Source: an uncultured Gemmatimonadota bacterium (GTDB lineage Bacteria > Gemmatimonadota > Gemmatimonadetes > Palauibacterales > KS3-K002). Taken from it: 59,334 nt of DNA. A model generated the notes under the pieces. That model was not told the DNA's origin and did no database searches. It saw only the letters and a program-made list of their open reading frames with translations. A program made the translations under genes and the position numbers. The stretch covers positions 1 through 59,334 of the forward strand of contig CAYGCC010000179.1 of assembly GCA_964348165.1 (NCBI GenBank), in the 5' to 3' direction. This document shows positions 18,946-26,263 of this stretch, piece by piece. Within the stretch, counting starts at the first letter, position 1. Each line of letters starts with the position of its first letter.

Positions 18946-20442
18946 GTGGCTGACTCGCGCGACCTCGGGCACGTAGCGAACCCGGGCGTGCCCCGGGAAC
19001 GAATCCTTATTGGGAATGACGCGGCCGTCTCCCAGCGTGCCGAGTTTGTCCTCTACTGGATGATCGCCAACCGGCGGGTGGCGTGGAACTTCAGCTTGCA
19101 ACGCGCCATCGAGTGGGCCACACAGCTGAACAAGCCGCTCGTGGTCTTGGAGCCGCTACGTTGCGGTTATCGCTGGGCCAGCGACCGCCTGCACCAGTTC
19201 ATCCTGGACGGCATGGCGGACAACGCCGCTCGACTCGAGCGGACCCCGGCGCATTACTACAGCTATGTCGAAGCGAAGGCCGGCGACGGCCACGGTCTTC
19301 TGGCCGCCCTCGCCGAGCGCGCGTGCGCGGTCGTGACCGATGACTATCCGGCGTTTTTCTACCCGAGCCTGCTGCACGCCGCGGCGCAACGCTCCCCAAT
19401 TCGCTTCGAGATAGTCGATTCCAACGGGCTGTACCCCATTCGCTCGTCGAAGCGGCTGTTCGGAACCGCTTACGCATTCCGGCGCTACCTCCAGAAGAAC
19501 ATTCGCACTCACCTGTCCATGCTCCCATACCCCGAACCGTTGGCCGCCGCGCGCCTAACTCGCCTTGAAGAGCTGCCGGCTGAGATCACGGAACGGTGGC
19601 CGGATTTCACCCGGCGTCTGCGGGACGGATCGGGCCTTCGACTGGACGAGCTGCCAATCGATCACTCCGTAGGCGCCGCGGGCATCCGAGGAGGCACCAC
19701 CGCCGGAGTCGAAGCGCTCGGGCGCTTCGTGTCTCAGCGGTTGCCTCGCTACGCGGCCAATCGGAATCAGCCGGAAATCGAGGCCACAAGCGGTCTCTCG
19801 CCCTACCTACATTTCGGCCATCTTTCCAGTCATCAGATCTTCGCCGAGCTGATGGATCGAGAGAACTGGGATGTGGACAGACTTGGATCGCAGGCCACGG
19901 GTCAGCGTCGCGGCTGGTGGGGCGCCAGCGAGAACGCCGAGGCGATCCTGGATCAACTGGTAACTTGGCGCGAGCTCGGCTTTAACATGTGCGTCGAACG
20001 TTCCGATTACGACACGTTTGACTCGCTGCCCGACTGGGCGCGCGACACGCTGGCCGCGCACGCTTCAGACCCGCGGCCCCACGTGTACGCGTCGAGCGAG
20101 TTCGAGGAGGCGCAAACCCATGATCGACTGTGGAACGCGGCGCAGAATCAGCTCTTGCGAGAGGGACGAATGCACAATTATCTGCGGATGCTCTGGGGTA
20201 AGAAGATTCTCGAGTGGAGCACCACGCCCACGGATGCTCTTGAAACGATGATCGAGCTCAACAACACGTACGCGCTCGACGGTCGAGATCCGAATTCTTA
20301 CAGCGGGATTTTCTGGTGCCTGGGCCGCTACGATCGGCCCTGGGGACCGGAGCGGCCGATCTTCGGGAAAGTCCGCTACATGAGCTCGGAAAACACCGCC
20401 CGGAAGCTCCGCGTCAAGAACTTCATCGAGAAGTACGGCTGA
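18946..20442 (+). CDS. phr: class II CPD photolyase
   Basis: 498-aa ORF. FVLYWMIANRRVAWNFSLQRAIEWA, LSPYLHFGHLSSHQI, THDRLWNAAQNQLLREGRMHNYLRMLWGKKILEW and DGRDPNSYSGIFWCLGRYDRPWGPERPIFGKVRYMS are class II photolyase signatures. Confidence 0.9.
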   Translation: MADSRDLGHVANPGVPRERILIGNDAAVSQRAEFVLYWMIANRRVAWNFSLQRAIEWATQLNKPLVVLEPLRCGYRWASDRLHQFILDGMADNAARLERTPAHYYSYVEAKAGDGHGLLAALAERACAVVTDDYPAFFYPSLLHAAAQRSPIRFEIVDSNGLYPIRSSKRLFGTAYAFRRYLQKNIRTHLSMLPYPEPLAAARLTRLEELPAEITERWPDFTRRLRDGSGLRLDELPIDHSVGAAGIRGGTTAGVEALGRFVSQRLPRYAANRNQPEIEATSGLSPYLHFGHLSSHQIFAELMDRENWDVDRLGSQATGQRRGWWGASENAEAILDQLVTWRELGFNMCVERSDYDTFDSLPDWARDTLAAHASDPRPHVYASSEFEEAQTHDRLWNAAQNQLLREGRMHNYLRMLWGKKILEWSTTPTDALETMIELNNTYALDGRDPNSYSGIFWCLGRYDRPWGPERPIFGKVRYMSSENTARKLRVKNFIEKYG

Positions 20443-22118
20443 TGAGCAGCTTCGTTTCGCGCCTCGCAGAGCACGGGTCGGAAGTCAATGGCCGGCGCTG
20501 GATCTATGTGCCCTACGACCAGCTCTCGGACCGCATCGGTCCGTTGGCCGAGGCAGAGCCGGGCGATGTCGGCATCGTCATGATCGAGAGCAGTTGGAAA
20601 GGCGAGTGGCGACCGTACCACAAACAGAAACTGGCCTTGATCCTTGCCAACCAGCGGCACTTCGCCCTGGAGCAGGCGAAGCGGGGTGTGGCCGTTCGAT
20701 ACGAGACGACCGATCAGCCGTATAGCGAAGCGCTGGCACGGGTCATCGCGGAGCTGGGCCCGCTGCAGGCGATGGAGCCGGCGGAGCGCGAGTTGCGTCT
20801 CGATCTCCAGCCGCTCGTCGACGACGGGGTTCTCAGACTGCTCGACCATGAGGGTTGGCTCACCACCACCGAGCAGTTCGAAGTCAGCCAGAAGCGCGGA
20901 CCCCCTTGGCGGATGGATGCCTTCTACCGTCACGTCCGCAGGGAGACCGGCATCTTGATTCGAGACGGTAAGCCGGTGGGAGGAAAGTACAGCTTCGACG
21001 CCGAGAATCGTGAGCGCTGGGACGGTGAGCCGGCAGCACCCGCCGCACCAACGTTCCCGGTAGACGAAGTGAAAGAGGAGGTCGCCGACCTCATCCGCGA
21101 CCGCTTCGATCATCATCCGGGTGAACTCGACCTCCCCTCGCTACCGGCCACGGCAAAGGATGCGCGGAAGCTGTGGGATTGGGCAAAGAAGGATTGCATG
21201 GCCAACTTCGGTCCGTTCGAGGACGCGATGTCGACGCGATCGAGAAGCCTCTTTCATACACGGATGTCGGCTCTGCTCAACCTACACCGGCTGCTCCCAG
21301 CCCAGGTCGTCGCTGAGGCGCTCGAGTTGGACATTCCCCTCGCCAGCAAGGAGGGATTTGTCCGCCAGATTCTGGGCTGGCGCGAGTTCGTCCGCCATGT
21401 CCACCGCGCGACCGACGGCTTTCGAGAGCTGCCAGGCCGCGAGGTCACGGTGGCGGAGGCACCCGGCGATGGTGGGTATGAGCGCTGGTCGGGTGAGCGC
21501 TGGTCAGGAAGCGCGAAGCTGGACTGTCTCGACGGAGGGGCCGCACCCTCCGAGCTGACGAGTTCCGACCCGCTGCCGCCGGCTTACTGGGGCGAGACCT
21601 CCGGCCTGCGCTGCCTCGATCATGTCGTGGCCGACGTCTGGGCGAGCGCTTATGGGCACCACATCACACGCCTCATGGTGCTGTCCAACATCGCGACCCT
21701 GATCGACACGTCGCCGCGGGAGCTAACGGACTGGTTCTGGGTGGCGTACGCCGATGCCTACGACTGGGTGGTCGAGCCGAACGTTCTGGGTATGGGCAGC
21801 TTCGCGGTCGGCGAGCTGATGACGACGAAGCCCTACGTGTCGGGCGCGGCATACATCAATCGGATGAGCGACTACTGTGCGGAATGTGAGTTTGATCCCA
21901 AGAGCGATTGCCCCATCACGAGCCTTTACTGGGCCTTTCTCTCACGCCATGAGAAGCAGCTAAACGACAACCCGCGCCTCCGCCTGCCGCTCGCCAATCT
22001 GCGCCGTCGTGGCAAGAAGCGTCAAAACCACGACGCCAGCGTTTTCCGCTGGGTTCGCGACACGCTGAGCGCGGGTGGAATCTTACACCCCGTGGACGCC
22101 CCCAACGAAGACGATTGA
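20442..22118 (+). CDS. cryptochrome/photolyase family protein, FeS-BCP type (PhrB/CryB-like, COG3046)
   Basis: Start trimmed to ATG 20442, which overlaps the phr stop (TGATG). N-terminus RRWIYVPYDQLSD. It has a Cys cluster typical of [4Fe-4S] bacterial cryptochrome/(6-4) photolyases: LRCLDHV and SDYCAECEFDPKSDCPITSLYWAFL. Confidence 0.82.
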   Translation: MSSFVSRLAEHGSEVNGRRWIYVPYDQLSDRIGPLAEAEPGDVGIVMIESSWKGEWRPYHKQKLALILANQRHFALEQAKRGVAVRYETTDQPYSEALARVIAELGPLQAMEPAERELRLDLQPLVDDGVLRLLDHEGWLTTTEQFEVSQKRGPPWRMDAFYRHVRRETGILIRDGKPVGGKYSFDAENRERWDGEPAAPAAPTFPVDEVKEEVADLIRDRFDHHPGELDLPSLPATAKDARKLWDWAKKDCMANFGPFEDAMSTRSRSLFHTRMSALLNLHRLLPAQVVAEALELDIPLASKEGFVRQILGWREFVRHVHRATDGFRELPGREVTVAEAPGDGGYERWSGERWSGSAKLDCLDGGAAPSELTSSDPLPPAYWGETSGLRCLDHVVADVWASAYGHHITRLMVLSNIATLIDTSPRELTDWFWVAYADAYDWVVEPNVLGMGSFAVGELMTTKPYVSGAAYINRMSDYCAECEFDPKSDCPITSLYWAFLSRHEKQLNDNPRLRLPLANLRRRGKKRQNHDASVFRWVRDTLSAGGILHPVDAPNEDD

Positions 22119-22122
22119 CGCG

Positions 22123-23532
22123 ATGCCAGTGTTCACGCGACGTGTTCTCGTCGCCGCGCCCGCGACGCACGTATTCGATTGGCATGCGCGACCCGGCGCG
22201 CTCGAGCGTCTCATACCCCCCTGGGAAGACATCCGCGTGCTAAGGCGGACGGGCGGCATCGAGGACGGCGCACGTACGGTCATCCAGATGAGAAAGGGCC
22301 CGTTCAAGCTTCGCTGGGTGGCTGTCCACAGAGACTTCGTGCCCGGCCGCCAATTCGTGGATGAGCAAGTCAGTGGACCCTTCGCCACCTGGCAACACGC
22401 GCATCGGGTCACCCCTGAGGGTCACGACCAGGCGTACCTCGAAGACCAGATCACTTACCGTCTTCCCGGCGGCAAGCTCGGTCAATGGCTCGCGGGTCCC
22501 AAAGTGCAGAGTGATCTCCACCGCACCTTCCGCTTTCGCCACCGACGCACCACCGACGATCTGAGCCGGCACCTCGCGCAGGCGCACAGGCCTCGTCTTC
22601 ACGTGGCGATCAGCGGCGCTTCCGGTCTCATCGGGCGGAACCTTGCCGCGTTTCTCACTACGGGGGGCCACACGGTGACGACGCTGGTGCGTCGTTCCCC
22701 GCGACACGGCCGTCGGGAAGCGGGTTGGGACCCTTACGCCGGATTGATCGACACTGTCGCTCTCGAAGGCACGGACGCTGTGATCCACCTGTCCGGGCGA
22801 AGCGTCTCCGCCTGGCGCTGGACGGAATCGGTGAAACGCGAGATCTGGGACAGCCGCGTAAAGACCACTCGGTTTCTCGCCGAATCGCTCGCTCGACTCG
22901 ATCGACCGCCCCGCGCCCTGATCACCGCCTCGGCGGTCGGCTGTTACGGGGACCGAGGCGAAGAGGCGGTCGACGAAGACAGTTCGCCCGGCGCCGGCTT
23001 CCTCGCGGAGCTCTGCCGAGAGTGGGAGGCCGCAACAGAACCGGCTCGGGCGGCCGGCATTCGCGTCGTCAATCTGCGGGTCGGCCTGGTCATCACCGCG
23101 GCCGGCGGCGTTCTGCCGCGCTTGCTGCTTCCCTTCGGCCTGGGGCTCGGCGGCGTGCTGGGCAGCGGGCGACAGTACATGAGTTGGATCGCCCTCGACG
23201 ACCTGCTCGGCGCCGTTCTGCATTTGCTGTATGCGGACGAACTCGACGGTCCCGTCAATGCCGTGTCGCCCCAGCCGCTCACCAACCGGGGGTTCACACG
23301 CACCCTCGGGGCGGTTCTCCGCCGTCCGACCGTTCTTCCCATTCCAGCATTCGTCCTCAGGACGCTGTTCGGAGAGATGGGTCAGGCACTGTTCCTCGAC
23401 GGGGCTCGGGTCGAGCCACGCCGCCTCCAGGGGCACCCGGAATTTCGCTACCTCTACCCGACGCTCGAGAGCGCGCTGCGACACGAGCTGGGCCTTTATA
23501 CTCAGGACGAAGGCGATGGCGGAGGGGCATAG
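22123..23532 (+). CDS. SRPBCC domain fused to TIGR01777/YfcH-like NAD-dependent epimerase (DUF1731)
   Basis: Start at ATG 22123, 5 nt after the previous stop. N-terminal SRPBCC-like part (VLVAAPATHVFDWHARPGALERLIPPW). Then ISGASGLIGRNLAAFLTTGGHTVTTLVRR and the C-terminal DUF1731-like part. Confidence 0.78.
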   Translation: MPVFTRRVLVAAPATHVFDWHARPGALERLIPPWEDIRVLRRTGGIEDGARTVIQMRKGPFKLRWVAVHRDFVPGRQFVDEQVSGPFATWQHAHRVTPEGHDQAYLEDQITYRLPGGKLGQWLAGPKVQSDLHRTFRFRHRRTTDDLSRHLAQAHRPRLHVAISGASGLIGRNLAAFLTTGGHTVTTLVRRSPRHGRREAGWDPYAGLIDTVALEGTDAVIHLSGRSVSAWRWTESVKREIWDSRVKTTRFLAESLARLDRPPRALITASAVGCYGDRGEEAVDEDSSPGAGFLAELCREWEAATEPARAAGIRVVNLRVGLVITAAGGVLPRLLLPFGLGLGGVLGSGRQYMSWIALDDLLGAVLHLLYADELDGPVNAVSPQPLTNRGFTRTLGAVLRRPTVLPIPAFVLRTLFGEMGQALFLDGARVEPRRLQGHPEFRYLYPTLESALRHELGLYTQDEGDGGGA

Positions 23533-24325
23533 CATCCTCCGCTGGGCGCGAGCGCTGCGGCCCCTCGTCGGGCAGCCGCTGGTCCAGGTGGACCTTCCCA
23601 AACGTTGGGCCGACCGGGCGGCCGGCTTGCCAGGCCAACATCTTCGCGAGATCCAGACCCACGGTAAGCACCTGCTTCTACACCTGTCGGAAGGGTTGTC
23701 GCTTCATTGTCACGCCATGATGTACGGATCATGGCAGTTCGGGACGCCGGCGATGAAACTGCGCAAGCCGGAGAAGAACGTGCGGCTGCGGCTTCGTACC
23801 GCACGTCACGAGGCGGTGTTCTTCAACGGCCCCGTCGTTGAGCTGCTGAGCGCAGAAGAGCTGCAGGCGCACAAGCGACTCTCCGCCCTCGGCCCGGACA
23901 TCCTTCACCCCGACTTCGAGCGTGCGGAGGCTTGGGAGCGATTACGTCGTGCAAAGGAGCGCCCGATCGGCGATGCGTTGCTCGATCAGCGGATCGTGGC
24001 CGGGATCGGCAACATCTTCAAATCCGAGGGTCTGTTCCTGGCTGGCCTCGATCCACGGGTGCCCGTGAAGCTCACAAGCCAAAGTCAGGTCGAGCAGTTA
24101 TGGGACCGCTTGATCCCCGTGATGCTCGAGAACTCGCGCCGCTCCGGACCAGTGGTCACCTTGCACCGCAGCCTCCGGCGCGGCGGTGAGCGCTACTGGG
24201 CCTACCGCAGGACCGGCCGTCCCTGCTTTCGCTGCAACGCTATGATCGAGATGGTACGTCAGGGCGAGCTACGAAGAACCACTTATTTCTGCAGTCGCTG
24301 TCAGGGTAACCGAGGCGTCTTGTAG
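23516..24325 (+). CDS. Fpg/Nei family DNA glycosylase (Nei-like) with Ala at position 2
   Basis: ATG 23516 overlaps the previous gene by 17 nt. N-terminus MAEGHSI (the family normally has MPEGH). Also HGKHLLLH, an H2TH region GIGNIFKSEGLFLAGLDP, and a C-terminal zinc finger CFRCNAMIEMVRQGELRRTTYFCSRCQ. Confidence 0.83.
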   Translation: MAEGHSILRWARALRPLVGQPLVQVDLPKRWADRAAGLPGQHLREIQTHGKHLLLHLSEGLSLHCHAMMYGSWQFGTPAMKLRKPEKNVRLRLRTARHEAVFFNGPVVELLSAEELQAHKRLSALGPDILHPDFERAEAWERLRRAKERPIGDALLDQRIVAGIGNIFKSEGLFLAGLDPRVPVKLTSQSQVEQLWDRLIPVMLENSRRSGPVVTLHRSLRRGGERYWAYRRTGRPCFRCNAMIEMVRQGELRRTTYFCSRCQGNRGVL

Positions 24326-24379
24326 GGGCGGCCCGCTCTCATCTTCGACCGGATACCGCTATGAGAGGCTTATTCTTGT

Positions 24380-24401
24380 CGGCTCTTAATCGGCTCTTAA
24401 T
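24380..24401. repeat. perfect 11-bp tandem duplication (CGGCTCTTAAT x2)
   Basis: Read directly from the sequence. It lies in the AT-rich convergent gap between nei and the SDR-DUF2867 gene. A related GGCTTATT lies 10 nt upstream. Confidence 0.9.
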
Positions 24402-24426
24402 AAGATATATGTGTCAGCGGTCCCAG

Positions 24427-26031
24427 CTAAACTGCCGTCCGCACCTTGGCGGCGCCGATCGAGTTTTCATCGCTCTCCGCCTCCATCGCCTTGACGATCC
24501 CGCGCAGCATCCCGGCAAAGACGAGCTGGTGCAGGGGGTAGAGTCCATACCAATAAAGGTTACCGAAAAGTCCGACAGGGTCGAAGATCGCAGTTTGCCG
24601 CACCGTGCTCCCGTCGCCCTCCTCCGTGACCTCGAACTGCAGCCAGGCGCGCCCCGGCAGCTTCATCTCCGCCGAAAGGCGAAGTAGCTCGTCCGGACTG
24701 AAACGCTCGACGCGCCAGAAATCCACCGTCGCGCCGGGGGCGAGGTGTTCGGCGTCACGGCGGCCGCGCCGCGAACCCACACCGCCGAACCAGAGGTCGA
24801 TAAAGCCCCGGAGGCGCCACAACCAATCGGCGAAGTACCAACCAACTTCTCCACCTAGCCTCCGAATTGGCCGGAACGCCTGCCGGGGCTCGTAAGGAAC
24901 CCATACGGACCGGGAATCGACGATGCGGGAACCGAATTTCTCGCCTCCCCAACGTTGCTGGTCGCCGGAAGAGAGGGCATCGGACCAGCGGGTCTCCGCG
25001 AATTCCTGATCTTCATTGACCAGCGCGCGCTGAATGGCCTCGCGGATACCGCGGGGGCGTATCTGGAAGGTCCGCAAAGCCGCGTCGTCCTCCACCACCG
25101 TCGGATTGCGAACGCTGTCGATGAGATCCTTGCCCACCCGAGCGTAGACGGGCGTGACGAGCCCCAACCAGAGGCTCGAGAGTCGAGGCGTGAGCACGGG
25201 CACGGGGATCATCAGCCGTCGCAACCCACGCTGGTGAGCGTACTCCTTCATGATATCCATGTAGGAGACCTGATCCGCGCCACCGATCTCGAACACCGCG
25301 CTACCCCCGGCCGCGACATCGAGCGCCTCGACCAGGTAATCGATCAGGTCTTCCACGGCGAGCGGCTGCGCTGGTACCCTGACCCAGTGGGGTGTAACCA
25401 TCACCGGCAGCTTCTCAACCAGCGAACGGATCATCTCGAAAGACAAGCTTCCCGAGCCGATGATGATCGAAGCGCGAAACTCCAGAGTGAGCACCCCCGA
25501 CTCACGAAGGATTCGACCGACTTCTTGCCGGCTTCGCAGGTGTTGCGACAGACCGGGCTCACGACCCAGTCCGCCCAGGTAGATAATCCGTTTCACCCCG
25601 GCTGCCTTGGCCGCACGGGCGAAGTTCTCCGCAGCGCGCCGGTCCTTCTCCTCGAAATCCTCCTTGGATCCCATCGAATGGATCAGGTAGTAGGCGACAT
25701 CTACACCGGCGAGCGCCCGCTGCAGCGACGCGAAGTCGGCCGCATCGCCGCCCACGACCTCCGTGTCCCCCTCCACCCGCGGTTCCAGAAACTCGGGCCG
25801 CCGCGCCAGGCAGCGCAGGCGGACGCCGCGCCGACCTAGCGCCCGCATCAGGCGGCCACCGACGTAGCCGCTCGCCCCGGTCAGCAATACGCGCTGGCGC
25901 CCACGCCCCTCCGGCTCGCCGTCTGAACGAGCCGACCCAGCCGGCCCTCCCTGGACGGAGCGCCCGCAGCTGGTGTTCGACCCGGCGGGGGCCGGAGCGA
26001 TTTGCTGGTCGTTGTTGGCGGCTTTGGCCAT
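24427..26031 (-). CDS. SDR/NmrA-like oxidoreductase fused to DUF2867
   Basis: 534-aa ORF. VLLTGASGYVGGRLMRAL, AYYLIHSMGS and IIYLGGLG form the N-terminal Rossmann part. The C-terminal about 180 aa resembles DUF2867. This architecture commonly neighbours photolyase genes. Confidence 0.78.
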   Translation of the reverse strand: MAKAANNDQQIAPAPAGSNTSCGRSVQGGPAGSARSDGEPEGRGRQRVLLTGASGYVGGRLMRALGRRGVRLRCLARRPEFLEPRVEGDTEVVGGDAADFASLQRALAGVDVAYYLIHSMGSKEDFEEKDRRAAENFARAAKAAGVKRIIYLGGLGREPGLSQHLRSRQEVGRILRESGVLTLEFRASIIIGSGSLSFEMIRSLVEKLPVMVTPHWVRVPAQPLAVEDLIDYLVEALDVAAGGSAVFEIGGADQVSYMDIMKEYAHQRGLRRLMIPVPVLTPRLSSLWLGLVTPVYARVGKDLIDSVRNPTVVEDDAALRTFQIRPRGIREAIQRALVNEDQEFAETRWSDALSSGDQQRWGGEKFGSRIVDSRSVWVPYEPRQAFRPIRRLGGEVGWYFADWLWRLRGFIDLWFGGVGSRRGRRDAEHLAPGATVDFWRVERFSPDELLRLSAEMKLPGRAWLQFEVTEEGDGSTVRQTAIFDPVGLFGNLYWYGLYPLHQLVFAGMLRGIVKAMEAESDENSIGAAKVRTAV

Positions 26032-26108
26032 GCTTGTGGGCCCATCCCGGTTGCGCTTAAGCTGGCGGGGTGGCGCTCAACGCGGCGCGCCACCCGCACT
26101 TGTCGTAT

Positions 26109-26152
26109 AACGTAGCCTGGACAAGATTTACTGTCAATATAATGTCTAATTA
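26109..26152 (-). promoter_or_regulatory. sigma70-like promoter plus CarH-type 11-bp repeats / inverted repeat (candidate operator) for the SDR-DUF2867 gene
   Basis: Minus strand reads TTGACA(26137-26132)-N17-TACGTT(26114-26109), and TTGACA-N8-TGTCCA(26123-26118). Tandem 11-mers TAATTAGACAT (26152-26142) and TATATTGACAG (26141-26131) both fit nAnnTnnACAn. Confidence 0.55.
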
Positions 26153-26263
26153 TTAACTTTACACATTTTGCATACGCCCGCCGGCGCCCTCAGATTCGCC
26201 GACAGCGGGCGCTGTCAGGTCTCGAGCCCCATATCTCGGGCTCAGGAATAACGGAGGTGGTGG

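Noticed and set aside
20316-20441. Upstream extension of the FeS-BCP ORF (track start 20316), and similar 5' extensions of the track ORFs at 11452, 17983, 18289, 22075, 23231, 28293, 28420, 36082, 52936, 54692 and 59199
   Set aside because: The extensions overlap the preceding gene or lack homology-like sequence. Downstream in-frame starts have Shine-Dalgarno motifs or stop/start overlaps, and they coincide with the beginning of family-conserved sequence.
22240-23601. 453-aa minus-strand ORF opposite the SRPBCC-epimerase gene. Similar shadows lie at 24955-25839, 30298-30957, 33022-33699, 35735-36679, 37523-38359, 38890-39912, 45840-46547, 48865-49914, 52743-53726, 55989-57017 and 57097-58005.
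   Set aside because: Same reasoning as above: no recognisable motifs and biased RPAG composition. Each lies opposite or out of frame with a gene that has strong family signatures.
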